DNA of 62,692 bases from Candidatus Paenalcaligenes intestinipullorum (GTDB lineage: Bacteria; Pseudomonadota; Gammaproteobacteria; Burkholderiales; Burkholderiaceae_B): the NCBI GenBank assembly GCA_019120675.1, contig DWUQ01000152.1, positions 1 to 62,692 on the forward strand, read 5' to 3'. The position numbers were made by a program, and so were the translations under genes. Positions 29,881-40,501 of this stretch are shown one piece after another. Under the pieces are notes generated by a model, which ran no database searches, had not been told where the DNA came from, and saw nothing but the letters and a program-made list of their open reading frames with translations. The first letter of the stretch is position 1, and every line of letters starts with the position of its first letter.

Positions 29881-30294
29881 ATGTCAGATACCGCATCCAA
29901 AACGCGGCCTCAGTATCGCAATATCGGCATTACGCAGATAGTTCGATACCGTTTGCCCCTGGCTGCCAAGACATCCATTTTGCACCGTATCAGTGGTGCG
30001 TTGCTGTTTCTAGCCCTGCCAGTGGTGCTGTTGCCCGTTCTGGCCATGAGCCTAGAATCCCCCGAAAGCTTTGCACGACTGAGCGGCGTGGTCGCTCATC
30101 CTGTCTGTAAGCTACTGTTTTTAGTGCTCATTTGGGGCTACTTGCATCATTTCTGTGCGGGTATACGCTATTTGGCCTTAGATGCGGGCAAGGGCAACGA
30201 CAAATACACCGCCAGCAAAACAGCAGCTTCTGTGATTATTGTTAGCTTGGCGTTGACGGTAATCGCTGGCCTAAAACTTTTTGGAGTCTGGTAA
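29881..30294 (+). CDS. sdhC: Succinate dehydrogenase cytochrome b556 subunit
   Basis: SILHRISG and HHFCAGIRYL motifs. Confidence 0.95.
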   Translation: MSDTASKTRPQYRNIGITQIVRYRLPLAAKTSILHRISGALLFLALPVVLLPVLAMSLESPESFARLSGVVAHPVCKLLFLVLIWGYLHHFCAGIRYLALDAGKGNDKYTASKTAASVIIVSLALTVIAGLKLFGVW

Positions 30295-30680
30295 TGGCTA
30301 ATCCTGAACGTATTGGTGTAAAGCGCCTCGTGGTCGGGGCGCATTACGGTACCCTCGATTTTCTAGCGCAACGCGCTACCGCTGTCATCATGATTCTCTA
30401 CACCTTGGGTTTCATGATTGCCGTATTTTTTAATGCCCCGTTTGATTACGCCTCGTGGCGTCAGCTTTTTGCTTTCAAGATCAGTGGGGTGTTTCCGTTA
30501 GGGCAGTTATTGGCCACCTTGTTTTTTGTCTCCTTAGCGTGGCATGCCTGGATTGGCGTGCGCGATATCTGGATGGACTATGTCAAACCCCCACTGCTGC
30601 GGGTTGGGCTCGAGGTGCTTACTGTTCTATGGTTGCTGGCTTGTACCGTATTCTTTGCAAAAATCATTTGGAGCTTATAA
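30294..30680 (+). CDS. sdhD: Succinate dehydrogenase membrane anchor
   Basis: QRATA and HAWIGVRDIWMDY motifs. Confidence 0.95.
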   Translation: MANPERIGVKRLVVGAHYGTLDFLAQRATAVIMILYTLGFMIAVFFNAPFDYASWRQLFAFKISGVFPLGQLLATLFFVSLAWHAWIGVRDIWMDYVKPPLLRVGLEVLTVLWLLACTVFFAKIIWSL

Positions 30681-30683
30681 ACC

Positions 30684-32459
30684 GTGGCTGCTATTCATAA
30701 AAATTTACCCCGCCGTCAGTTCGATGTTGTGGTGGTAGGCGCTGGGGGCGCAGGCATGCGTTGTTCATTGCAACTGGCGCGAGCTGGGCTGTCCGTAGCG
30801 GTGCTCTCCAAAGTCTTCCCAACGCGCTCCCATACCGTAGCGGCTCAAGGTGGGGTGAGTGCCTCGCTTGGCAATATGAGCGAAGACCACTGGTACTGGC
30901 ATATGTACGATACAGTCAAGGGCTCAGACTGGCTAGGCGACCAAGATGCGATCGAGTTTATGTGTCGCGAAGCGGGCAATGCCGTCTACGAGCTCGAACA
31001 CTTTGGCATGCCTTTTGACCGCAACGCTGACGGTACGATCTACCAGCGTCCTTTTGGAGGACATACGGCTAATTTTGGTGAGAAGCCTGTACAACGCGCC
31101 TGTGCTGCGGCGGACCGTACTGGCCACGCCATGCTGCACACCTTGTATCAGCAAAATGTCGCCTCCCGTACCAACTTCTTTGTGGAGTGGATGGCGTTAG
31201 ACCTCTTACGCAACGAGCAAGGCGATGTACTCGGTGTGACCGCCCTAGAAATGGAAACGGGCGAGATCTACGTCCTCGAAGCCAAACGTACCGTACTGGC
31301 TACGGGCGGTGCTGGCCGTATTTGGGCCGCGTCCACCAACGCCTTTATTAATACGGGTGATGGTTTAGGTATGGCGGCACGTGCTGGCTTGCCTTTGCAG
31401 GATATGGAGTTCTGGCAGTTTCACCCTACCGGCGTAGCCGGTGCTGGCGTATTGATTACCGAAGGGGTGCGCGGTGAAGGGGGTATTTTGCTCAACAAAG
31501 ACGGCGAGCGCTTTATGGAGCGTTACGCGCCCAACCTCAAAGACTTAGCGCCTCGTGATTTTGTGTCTCGCTCGATGGACCAAGAAATCAAAGAAGGCCG
31601 AGGCTGCGGGGATGGCAGCTATGTGGTGCTCAAGCTTGACCACTTAGGTGAAGACGTTATCAAAAAGCGCTTACCCTCCATTCGCGAAATTGCTATGAAG
31701 TTCGCGAACGTCGACCCCATCAAAGACCCTATTCCAGTGGTGCCCACCATTCACTACCAAATGGGTGGCATTCCTACCAACTACTATGGCCAAGTGGTCA
31801 CGCAGGTTAATGGCGAAAGCCAAATCGTTAATGGGCTCTATGCGATCGGCGAATGCGCTGCCACCTCGGTACACGGCGCCAACCGCCTAGGTACCAACTC
31901 GCTACTGGATTTGATTGTATTTGGTCGCGCTGCGGGTAACCATATTGTGGAGTCCCACCCCGAGCGCCAACTGGCTCACGAAGACATTCCTCAGTCCGAA
32001 ATTGATCGCTCTATTGCGCGGGTGGATCGCCTTGAAAATCGCAAATCAGGTGAAAAAGCTCAAGACGTGGCCGATCAAATCCGTCAAATTATGCAGGCGC
32101 ACTGTGGCGTGTTCCGTACTATGGATTTACTCCAAGAAGGCGAGCGCATGATCGAAGATATGGTGCCCCGTGTCGCGGATATTTATTTCCACGACAAATC
32201 AAAAATTTTCAACACTGCTCGGATTGAGGCGCTTGAAGTCGCCAACATGATTGAGGTTGCCCGAGCCACCACACGCTCCGCCGCAAACCGCACGGAAAGC
32301 CGTGGCGCGCATGCCTTAAATGAATACCCAGAGCGTGATGACGAAAATTGGTTGCGTCATACCTTATGGTTTACCGAGGGCAGTCGCTTGGATTACAAGC
32401 CCGTACAGATGAAACCGCTTACTGCCGAGACCATTGCGCCTCAGGCCCGCACTTTCTAA
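30684..32459 (+). CDS. sdhA: Succinate dehydrogenase flavoprotein
   Basis: GAGGAG, RSHTVAAQGG (FAD His), QFHPTG and HGANRLG motifs. Confidence 0.98.
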   Translation: MAAIHKNLPRRQFDVVVVGAGGAGMRCSLQLARAGLSVAVLSKVFPTRSHTVAAQGGVSASLGNMSEDHWYWHMYDTVKGSDWLGDQDAIEFMCREAGNAVYELEHFGMPFDRNADGTIYQRPFGGHTANFGEKPVQRACAAADRTGHAMLHTLYQQNVASRTNFFVEWMALDLLRNEQGDVLGVTALEMETGEIYVLEAKRTVLATGGAGRIWAASTNAFINTGDGLGMAARAGLPLQDMEFWQFHPTGVAGAGVLITEGVRGEGGILLNKDGERFMERYAPNLKDLAPRDFVSRSMDQEIKEGRGCGDGSYVVLKLDHLGEDVIKKRLPSIREIAMKFANVDPIKDPIPVVPTIHYQMGGIPTNYYGQVVTQVNGESQIVNGLYAIGECAATSVHGANRLGTNSLLDLIVFGRAAGNHIVESHPERQLAHEDIPQSEIDRSIARVDRLENRKSGEKAQDVADQIRQIMQAHCGVFRTMDLLQEGERMIEDMVPRVADIYFHDKSKIFNTARIEALEVANMIEVARATTRSAANRTESRGAHALNEYPERDDENWLRHTLWFTEGSRLDYKPVQMKPLTAETIAPQARTF

Positions 32460-32471
32460 CAGGAGCTCGTC

Positions 32472-33188
32472 ATGAACCAAAGCCGAACTCTAAAATTTGA
32501 GATCTACCGTTACGACCCTGATAAGGATGAGCGTCCTTATATGCAAAAGCTCGAGGTCACCCTCAAGCCCAACGACAAAATGCTGCTGGACGCTATTGTA
32601 CGCATCAAAAACGACGTGGACGATAGCCTCTCCATTCGTCGTTCATGTCGTGAGGGCGTGTGCGGCTCGGATGCCATGAATATCAACGGTAAAAATGGTC
32701 TGGCCTGTACCACCAATCTCAACGACCTCAAAGAGCCAATCGTATTGCGGCCTTTGCCTGGTTTGCCGGTGGTACGCGATTTAATCGTAGACATGACCAA
32801 CTTTTTTGATCAGTATCACTCAGTCAAGCCGTTTTTGATCAACGATACGCCACCGCCCGAAAAGGAGCGTTTGCAGTCGCCTGAAGCTCGCGAAGAGCTC
32901 AACGGTCTTTATGAGTGTATTTTGTGTGCGTGCTGCTCTACGTCTTGCCCGTCCTTTTGGTGGAATCCTGACAAATTCGTTGGGCCAGCAGGGCTGCTGC
33001 AGGCCTATCGCTTTATCGCTGATTCGCGCGATGAAGCAACCGGTGAGCGTTTGGACAACCTTGAGGACCCTTACCGTCTGTTCCGTTGCCATACCATTAT
33101 GAACTGTACCGACGTTTGTCCTAAGGGCTTGAATCCTTCGCACGCCATAGGCAAGATCAAAGAAATGCTGGTACGTCGTACCATTTAA
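32472..33188 (+). CDS. sdhB: Succinate dehydrogenase iron-sulfur subunit
   Basis: [22 protein letters not shown] and [12 protein letters not shown] motifs. Confidence 0.98.
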   Translation: MNQSRTLKFEIYRYDPDKDERPYMQKLEVTLKPNDKMLLDAIVRIKNDVDDSLSIRRSCREGVCGSDAMNINGKNGLACTTNLNDLKEPIVLRPLPGLPVVRDLIVDMTNFFDQYHSVKPFLINDTPPPEKERLQSPEAREELNGLYECILCACCSTSCPSFWWNPDKFVGPAGLLQAYRFIADSRDEATGERLDNLEDPYRLFRCHTIMNCTDVCPKGLNPSHAIGKIKEMLVRRTI

Positions 33189-33202
33189 GGGGAGTGCCGA
33201 AT

Positions 33203-33463
33203 ATGGCCACACTGACCCAACTGGAACGAGCCCGCCTGCGTTGGCGGGCTCGACGTGGACTGCTAGAAAATGATCTAATCATTACCCGTTTTCTAGATAT
33301 GCACGAAACACAGCTGACTGATCAGGATGTCACCGCACTCACCCATTTATTTGAAATGGACGATACGGAATTGCTTGGTGTATTGCTGGGGACTGAGCCC
33401 TTGACGGGGCAATATGCCACTACTGATATTCAACGTCTCGTGGCTCTGATGCAAGAGCTCTAA
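33203..33463 (+). CDS. sdhE: Succinate dehydrogenase assembly factor
   Basis: LRWRARRGLLENDL (RGxxE motif); lies between sdhB and gltA. Confidence 0.92.
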   Translation: MATLTQLERARLRWRARRGLLENDLIITRFLDMHETQLTDQDVTALTHLFEMDDTELLGVLLGTEPLTGQYATTDIQRLVALMQEL

Positions 33464-33482
33464 TTTTTTAGGAAGATTTGTG

Positions 33483-34781
33483 ATGGAACTATCCGATAAC
33501 AAAGCGACACTATCTTTTTCAGATGGTACGCCAGCGGTAGAGTTGCCGGTCTACAAAGGAACAGTAGGCCCCGACGTCATCGATATTCGTAAGTTGTATG
33601 GCCAGACGAATATGTTTACCTATGATCCAGGCTTTATGGCAACCGCCGCCTGCGAATCAGCGATTACGTATATTGATGGCGGTGCGGGGAAGCTCATGTA
33701 TCGGGGCTAACCCATTGAGCAGCTGGCCCAAAACTGCGACTTCATGGAAGTCAGCTATCTGATCTTAAATGGTGAGCTGCCAGATGCAGAGCAAAAAGCC
33801 GCTTTTGATCGCGAGGTCACCAATCACACCATGGTCAAAGAGCCCATGCTGCGCTTTTTGGATGGGTTTGGTACGGACGCTCACCCGATGGCGATGCTTA
33901 CCGGCCTAGTGGGTGCCATGTCGGCTTTTTATCACGACTCCACAGACATCACGAACCCAGAGCACCGCCGCATTTCAGCCATTCGTTTAATCGCCAAAAT
34001 GCCAACCTTGGTAGCCATGGTCTACAAGCACAGTGTGGGTCAGCCCGTTATGTATCCGCGTAACGACCTCAGCTACACGGGTAATTTCTTAAGAATGATG
34101 TTTGGTACGCCCGCTGAGGACTACCAGATTAATGATGTGGTTGAGCGTGCTTTAGACCGTATCTTTATTTTGCATGCCGATCACGAGCAAAATGCTTCCA
34201 CGTCGACCGTGCGCCTCTGCGGTTCATCGGGCACGAATCCTTATGCGGCCATTGCCGCAGGTATTGCGTGCTTATGGGGCCCAGCACATGGTGGAGCCAA
34301 CGAAGCGTGCTTGCATATGCTCGAAAATATCCAAGCCAATGGCGGACTGGCCAAGGTAGGCGAGTTTATGGAGCAAGTCAAAGACAAAAGCTCAGGCGTG
34401 CGCCTGATGGGCTTTGGACATCGTGTTTATAAAAACTACGATCCACGCGCCAAACTGATGCAGGAAACCTGCCGCGAAGTGCTTAGTGCGTTGGGCTTAG
34501 AAAATGATCCTTTGTTTAAGCTTGCGATGGAGTTAGAGCGCATTGCCCTCGAAGACGACTACTTCGTTGAGCGTAAGCTTTACCCTAACGTCGACTTCTA
34601 CTCCGGTATTGTGCAGCGTGCGATTGGTATTCCGACACCTTTGTTTACCGGTATTTTTGCCTTGGCGCGTACGGTGGGTTGGATTTCACAGTGGGATGAA
34701 ATGTTGGGTGACCCCGAGTTCAAAATTGGCCGTCCACGTCAGCTTTACACTGGCTATGCTGAGCGTGACGTCAAGAAATAA
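33483..34781 (+). pseudogene. gltA: Type II citrate synthase interrupted by one in-frame TAA at 33708-33710 (real nonsense allele or base-call error)
   Basis: The two ORF-track pieces are in the same frame: ...KLMYRG*PIEQLAQ..., where the conserved motif is YRGYPIEQLA. Catalytic motifs [26 protein letters not shown] and YPNVDF are intact. Confidence 0.9.
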
Positions 34782-34830
34782 GCAATTTTTATGAAACCGC
34801 TGCACCTCTTGTTTTAAGGGGTGTGGATGC

Positions 34831-34860
34831 AAAAAAGCTGGCTTTTAAGCCAGCTTTTTT
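34831..34860. terminator. Bidirectional intrinsic terminator between gltA and maeB
   Basis: A6-GCTGGCT-TTTA-AGCCAGC-T6. Confidence 0.85.
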
Positions 34861-34918
34861 GTTGGTAGTGCACTACTGGGTAGTGCACCAATAGAGCCTT
34901 AGGCGCCTAAGTGAAGGC

Positions 34919-37207
34919 TTAGGCTTTTTGCTCAAGTTGTGCGTCAACGACGGCTACAGCGGTCATATTCAAAATACGACGTACCGTAGCACTGTTGGTC
35001 AATACGTGTACAGGACGCGCTGCGCCCAGCAAAATTGGGCCCATGGCTACACCATTACTGCCTGTGGTTTTGAGCATGTTGTAAGTGATATTGCCTGCGT
35101 CCAAATTAGGGGCAATCAACAGGTTGGCGGGGGCACGTAACGTGGTGTCGGGGAAAGTCTTGAAACGGATTTTGTCCGACAAAGCGGAATCCGCGTGCAT
35201 TTCACCGTCTACTTCCAGATCAGGTGCGATCTCGGCGAGGATTTCACGTGCTTTGGCCATTTTGCGTGAGGACGCAGTAGGGCGGCTACCAAAGTTGGAA
35301 TGTGACAGCAAGGCCACGCGTGGCTCCACACCAAAGCGGCGCACTTCCTCAGCAGCCAATACGGTCATGTTGGCAATTTCTTCGGCAGTGGGGTCTTCGT
35401 TGACGTGCGTGTCGCACACAAACAAGGTTTGGGTGGGCAGCAGCAAGGCATTCATAGCGGCCAAGGTCTTAGCGTCTTTGCGTAAGCCAATGACTTGCTC
35501 GACGTGCTCGACCTGCTCAATGAAATTGCTGGCTACACCGCAAATTAAGGCGTCGGCATCGTTGCGCTCAACCAGTAAGGCACCAATTAGGGTGTTGTGT
35601 TTGCGAACCTGAGCTTTGGCGATTTCGGGGGTAATGCCTTGACGTGCACCCAGCTTGTAGTACGCATTCCAAACTTCGTTGAAACGCACGTCGTCTTCAG
35701 GGTTAACGATTTCGACGTTTTTGCCGTCTTCAAGGCGTAGACCTAAACGCTCAACGCGCATTTGGATGACGGAAGGACGGCCAATCAGAATGGGCTTAGC
35801 CATGGCTTCGTCGACAGCAGTTTGTACGGCACGCAGCACGCGCTCGTCTTCACCGTCTGCAAACACCACACGTTTGGGATCTGCTTTGGCTTGAGCGAAT
35901 AGAGGGCTCATGAGCGGACCTGTGTGGTAGGTCATGGAAATCAGCTGTTGGCGGTAAGCTTCCATGTCTTCGATCGGGCGTGCCGCCACACCGGAGTCCA
36001 TAGCGGCTTGGGCAACTGCAGGGGCAATGATGGAAATCAGGCGCGGATCGAAGGGGCGGGGAATAATGTAGTCGGGGCCAAAGCTGATTTGCTGGTCGCC
36101 GGTTTTGCTGCTGACATCGTCGTAGATTTCAGCTTGAGCCAATTCGGCAATGGCGTGCACACACGCAAGCTTCATTTCCTCGTTGATGACGGTAGCGCCA
36201 CAATCTAGGGCGCCACGGAAAATAAACGGGAAGCACAGAACGTTGTTGACTTGGTTGGGGTAGTCAGAACGACCGGTGGCAATGACGCAATCGGGGCGGG
36301 TTTCTTTGGCGAGCTCGGGACGGATCTCGGGCTCGGGGTTCGCCAAGGCCAAGATTAATGGCTTGTCGGCCATGGTTTTGAGCATTTCAGGGGTAAGAAT
36401 ACCCGCTGCGGAACAACCTAAAAACACGTCTGCGCCGACTGTGGCATCTGCTAAGGTACGATAGTCGGTGTCTTGGGCGTAGGCGGCCTTGCTGGGTTCC
36501 ATGTTTTCTTCGCGGCCTTTCCAAATAATGCCACGCGAGTCAGCCACAAAAATATGCTCACGGGGCATACCTAAGCTAACCAGCAAGTTCAAGCATGCAA
36601 TAGCAGCCGCGCCAGCGCCGGATACCACAAGCTTGACGTCGGCGATGTTTTTGCCGACGACTTTTAGACCATTCAAGATGGCCGCGGCAGAAATAATCGC
36701 AGTGCCGTGTTGATCATCGTGGAAAACGGGGATCTTCATGCGCTTGCGCAGTTCGTTTTCGACGTAAAAACATTCGGGAGCTTTGATGTCTTCGAGGTTG
36801 ATCCCGCCCAGTGTGGGCTCCATGGCGGCGATGATCTCGACCAATTTTTGAGGATCGTTTTCGTCGAGTTCGATATCGAACACATCAATACCGGCAAACT
36901 TTTTGAATAAGCAGCCTTTACCTTCCATAACGGGTTTGGAAGCGAGAGGGCCGATATTACCCAAGCCCAAAACAGCAGTACCGTTGGTGATCACACCGAC
37001 TAAGTTGGCACGAGAGGTGTATTTGGCTGCCGCAGCATCGCCTTCCTCGTAAATAGCCATACATGGGGAGGCAACCCCAGGAGAGTAGGCTAAAGAAAGG
37101 TCGTCTTGATTGGCCAGAGTTTTGGTCGGTACTACGGAAATTTTCCCTGGAGTAGGGTAAGCGTGATAATCCAGCGCTAATTTAGCCAGTTGGGCTTTGG
37201 CGTCCAT
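34919..37207 (-). CDS. maeB: NADP-dependent malic enzyme with phosphotransacetylase-like domain
   Basis: [28 protein letters not shown] and [11 protein letters not shown], plus a C-terminal PTA-like domain. Confidence 0.97.
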   Translation of the reverse strand: MDAKAQLAKLALDYHAYPTPGKISVVPTKTLANQDDLSLAYSPGVASPCMAIYEEGDAAAAKYTSRANLVGVITNGTAVLGLGNIGPLASKPVMEGKGCLFKKFAGIDVFDIELDENDPQKLVEIIAAMEPTLGGINLEDIKAPECFYVENELRKRMKIPVFHDDQHGTAIISAAAILNGLKVVGKNIADVKLVVSGAGAAAIACLNLLVSLGMPREHIFVADSRGIIWKGREENMEPSKAAYAQDTDYRTLADATVGADVFLGCSAAGILTPEMLKTMADKPLILALANPEPEIRPELAKETRPDCVIATGRSDYPNQVNNVLCFPFIFRGALDCGATVINEEMKLACVHAIAELAQAEIYDDVSSKTGDQQISFGPDYIIPRPFDPRLISIIAPAVAQAAMDSGVAARPIEDMEAYRQQLISMTYHTGPLMSPLFAQAKADPKRVVFADGEDERVLRAVQTAVDEAMAKPILIGRPSVIQMRVERLGLRLEDGKNVEIVNPEDDVRFNEVWNAYYKLGARQGITPEIAKAQVRKHNTLIGALLVERNDADALICGVASNFIEQVEHVEQVIGLRKDAKTLAAMNALLLPTQTLFVCDTHVNEDPTAEEIANMTVLAAEEVRRFGVEPRVALLSHSNFGSRPTASSRKMAKAREILAEIAPDLEVDGEMHADSALSDKIRFKTFPDTTLRAPANLLIAPNLDAGNITYNMLKTTGSNGVAMGPILLGAARPVHVLTNSATVRRILNMTAVAVVDAQLEQKA

Positions 37208-37505
37208 CGTGAGTGTACTCCTGTGGTGTTTATCGGTATTGACTGCTTAGCTTACGCCTATATTAAGCGAAAGCATTATGCAAAAGTGTTATAGCCTGAA
37301 TAGCGGATTGCATGCATTCTATAGAGCATAAAGTATGCGCTGCTCGGACTAAAACCCCTTGTGGGTTGCAAGGCGTTGCTAACTATCATCAACAATAGCG
37401 CGAAGGGCTAGGGTTTTCCAGTGTTCAGGATGCACGATAAGTATTGAGAGGGTATACTAAATGTACAAACGCATAGAAAGGGCGTTACGTGCCTTCTGCT
37501 CTGCT

Positions 37506-37591
37506 ATCCGCTAATCGGCGTGGCCGTGTCGCGGAAGGTTTTCCTGCATCTCATAACGGGTGAAGCACCCGAATAGGTGAAGCGTATAATG
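37506..37591 (+). ncRNA. sucA RNA motif (cis-regulatory leader)
   Basis: TCCGCTAATC...GCCGTGTCGCGGAAGGTT, then a CGGGTG/CACCCG hairpin and AGGTGA RBS before ATG 37589; matches my recollection of the Burkholderiales sucA motif. Confidence 0.75.
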
Positions 37592-40459
37592 TCATCGCAA
37601 ACTGAATTGCTGTCTACTTCCTATCTATTTGGCAGCAATGCTGCTTACGTAGAAGATCTCTACGAAATCTATCTCGATAATCCTACCGCGGTACCCGACG
37701 AATGGCGCGATTATTTTGATCAGCTCCAGCATTTACCGGCTACTGATGGCCGCGAAAAAACCCGCGACCAAGCCCATGCTCCCATTGTGGAATCGTTTGC
37801 CCAGCGCGCCAAAGCGAATGCGCTGGCGGGCCGTATTCCAGCTGTGGACTTGCAAGTGGCCGCCAAGCAAGTTTCCGTGCAATCGTTGGTGGCGGCTTAC
37901 CGCTCTTTGGGCGCTCGCTTAGCGGCGCTCGACCCCCTTAAACGCAGTGAGCGTCCCAGCTACGCTGAGTTGGATCCCGCGTTTTATGGCCTGACTGAAG
38001 CGGATTTGGATCAGGTGTATTCAGCGACCAACACCTATTTCACCAAAAACGACACCATGACGTTGCGCGACCTTTTGAAAGCGCTACGCGACACGTATTG
38101 TCAAACGATTGGTGCCGAGTTTATGTATATGTCGGATCCAGTGGCCAAACGCTGGATTCAAGAGCGTTTAGAGTCCGTACATGGCAACTTTGAATTTACG
38201 GTCGATGAAAAACGCAATATCTTGCAGCAGCTCACAGAGGCCGAAGGTTTAGAGCGTTACTTGCATACCAAATACGTCGGTCAAAAGCGTTTTTCTCTCG
38301 AAGGTGGGGAAAGCTTTATTGCCGCCATGGACGAAGTGGTCAACCATGCGGGTGAAAATGGTGTCCAAGAAATCGTAGTGGGTATGGCGCACCGTGGGCG
38401 TTTGAATATGTTGGTCAATATTATGGGCAAAATGCCCGCTGACCTGTTTGCCGAGTTCGAAGGCTATCACGTTGAAGGGCTTACCGATGGCGACGTCAAA
38501 TACCACAATGGTTTCTCTAGTGACTTGTCCACCCGTGGCGGTCCTGTACATTTATCCTTAGCATTTAACCCCTCCCACTTGGAAATTGTGAATCCTGTGG
38601 TGGAGGGCAGCGCCCGAGCACGCCAAGACCGACGCAATGATGAAACCGGTGCAGAAGTGTTGCCTGTGCTGGTGCATGGGGATGCCGCTTTTGCTGGCCA
38701 AGGAGTGGTGATGGAGACACTCAACCTTGCTCAAACGCGAGGCTATGGTACGGGCGGCACGGTGCATATTGTGATCAATAACCAAATTGGGTTCACCACC
38801 TCGGACCCCCGCGATGCACGCTCCACCTTGTATTGCACCGATGTGGTCAAAATGATCGAAGCGCCTGTATTTCACGTTAATGGCGACGATCCCGAGGCGG
38901 TCGTTTTTGCGACGCGCCTGGCTTTAGACTACCGCAAGACTTTCCAACACGATGTGGTAGTGGATATTGTGTGTTTCCGCAAATTGGGCCACAACGAGCA
39001 AGACACGCCCTCCCTTACTCAACCATTGATGTACAAGCGTATTGGTCAGCACACTGGGACCCGTCAGCTTTATGCGGAAAAGCTCGTGACTCAAGGTGTT
39101 TTATCTGACAACGAGCCCGAGGAAATGGTGAAGTCTTACCGCCAGCTCATGGAGGATGGCAAGCGCACCGTCGAGCCTGTGCTCACCGACTACAAAAACA
39201 AATACGCCACCGACTGGACGCCTTTTTTGTCTGCTAAGTGGACAGATCAAGCGGATACCGGCCTGCCGTTGAGTGAGTTGCAGCGTTTAGGTGAGCGCAT
39301 TACGGATATTCCCGAAGGCTTTACGGTGCACTCCCTAGTCAATCGTTTACTTAACGACCGGCGCGCCATGGCCCATGGCGAGATGAATGTCGACTGGGGC
39401 ATGGCTGAGCACTTAGCTTTTGCATCGTTGGTCGAAAATGGCTACGCCATCCGTATCACAGGTCAAGATTCGGGCCGAGGCACCTTTAGCCATCGTCATG
39501 CGGTGTGGCACGATCAAAAGCGCGAGCGCTGGGACGACGGCACCTATATTCCTTTGCAGAATATTTCTGACAAACAGGCTAGTTTTACCGTTATCGACTC
39601 AGTATTGTCTGAAGAGGCCGTTTTGGCTTTTGAGTATGGCTACGCCTCAGCCGAGCCCAATATCCTTACCATTTGGGAAGCCCAGTTTGGGGATTTCGTA
39701 AACGGTGCCCAAGTAGTGATCGATCAGTTTATTGCGTCGGGTGAAGCCAAGTGGGGTCGTCATTGTGGTCTCACTCTCATGCTGCCTCATGGCTATGAGG
39801 GCCAAGGGCCTGAGCACTCCTCGGCACGCCTAGAGCGCTTTTTGCAGCTGTGCGCCGACAACAACATTCAGGTCATTCAGCCGACTACCGGTGCGCAGAT
39901 CTTCCACGTGTTACGTCGTCAGATGATCCGCCCTTTCCGTAAGCCGTTAGTGTTGCTCACGCCTAAATCCTTACTTCGCAACAAAGCGGCCACATCCCCC
40001 TTGACTGAGTTGGCGGATGGGCGCTTTCAGCCAGTGATCGGTGAGGTGGATGACACCATCAAGCCCGAAAACGTGACGCGCTTACTCGTGTGCTCGGGTA
40101 AGGTGTATTACGATTTGGTTGCCATGCGAGAGGAATTGCAACGTGACGATGTGGCTATTATGCGTATTGAGCAGTTGTACCCCTTTGCGCATAAGTCTTT
40201 CCAAGCGGAAATGCAACGCTACGAGCAACTCAAAGAAGTGGTCTGGGTACAAGACGAACCCCAAAACCAAGGGGCATGGTTCTACGTACAGCATCATTTG
40301 TTTGAGAGCATGACCGAAGGACAAAAAATTAGCTACGCCGGCCGCGCTGCTTCGTCTTCACCAGCTGTAGGCTATTTGGCCAAACACCAAGAGCAGCAAA
40401 AAGCATTGTTGGATCAGGCCTTTGCGACACGTATCAAAGGCTTTACCTTAGGTAAATAA
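37589..40459 (+). CDS. sucA: 2-oxoglutarate dehydrogenase E1
   Basis: KRFSLEG, GMAHRGRLN, HGDAAFAGQG, WEAQFGDF and GPEHSSAR motifs. Start taken as ATG 37589. Confidence 0.98.
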   Translation: MSSQTELLSTSYLFGSNAAYVEDLYEIYLDNPTAVPDEWRDYFDQLQHLPATDGREKTRDQAHAPIVESFAQRAKANALAGRIPAVDLQVAAKQVSVQSLVAAYRSLGARLAALDPLKRSERPSYAELDPAFYGLTEADLDQVYSATNTYFTKNDTMTLRDLLKALRDTYCQTIGAEFMYMSDPVAKRWIQERLESVHGNFEFTVDEKRNILQQLTEAEGLERYLHTKYVGQKRFSLEGGESFIAAMDEVVNHAGENGVQEIVVGMAHRGRLNMLVNIMGKMPADLFAEFEGYHVEGLTDGDVKYHNGFSSDLSTRGGPVHLSLAFNPSHLEIVNPVVEGSARARQDRRNDETGAEVLPVLVHGDAAFAGQGVVMETLNLAQTRGYGTGGTVHIVINNQIGFTTSDPRDARSTLYCTDVVKMIEAPVFHVNGDDPEAVVFATRLALDYRKTFQHDVVVDIVCFRKLGHNEQDTPSLTQPLMYKRIGQHTGTRQLYAEKLVTQGVLSDNEPEEMVKSYRQLMEDGKRTVEPVLTDYKNKYATDWTPFLSAKWTDQADTGLPLSELQRLGERITDIPEGFTVHSLVNRLLNDRRAMAHGEMNVDWGMAEHLAFASLVENGYAIRITGQDSGRGTFSHRHAVWHDQKRERWDDGTYIPLQNISDKQASFTVIDSVLSEEAVLAFEYGYASAEPNILTIWEAQFGDFVNGAQVVIDQFIASGEAKWGRHCGLTLMLPHGYEGQGPEHSSARLERFLQLCADNNIQVIQPTTGAQIFHVLRRQMIRPFRKPLVLLTPKSLLRNKAATSPLTELADGRFQPVIGEVDDTIKPENVTRLLVCSGKVYYDLVAMREELQRDDVAIMRIEQLYPFAHKSFQAEMQRYEQLKEVVWVQDEPQNQGAWFYVQHHLFESMTEGQKISYAGRAASSSPAVGYLAKHQEQQKALLDQAFATRIKGFTLGK

Positions 40460-40501
40460 GTTCATCCCGCACACCAGATTTCAATTTACGGAAAAAATAT
40501 T

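Noticed and set aside
33708-33710. Alternative genetic code, selenocysteine or pyrrolysine as the cause of the gltA stop
   Set aside because: The codon is TAA, not TGA or TAG, and TAA terminates many genes in this window.
35085-35612. 175-aa ORF antisense to maeB (similar ones at 49424-50011, 54651-55169, 58871-59434, 42755-43231 and 21349-21771)
   Set aside because: Each lies wholly within a well-conserved gene, has no recognisable motif, and is the expected shadow of codon bias.
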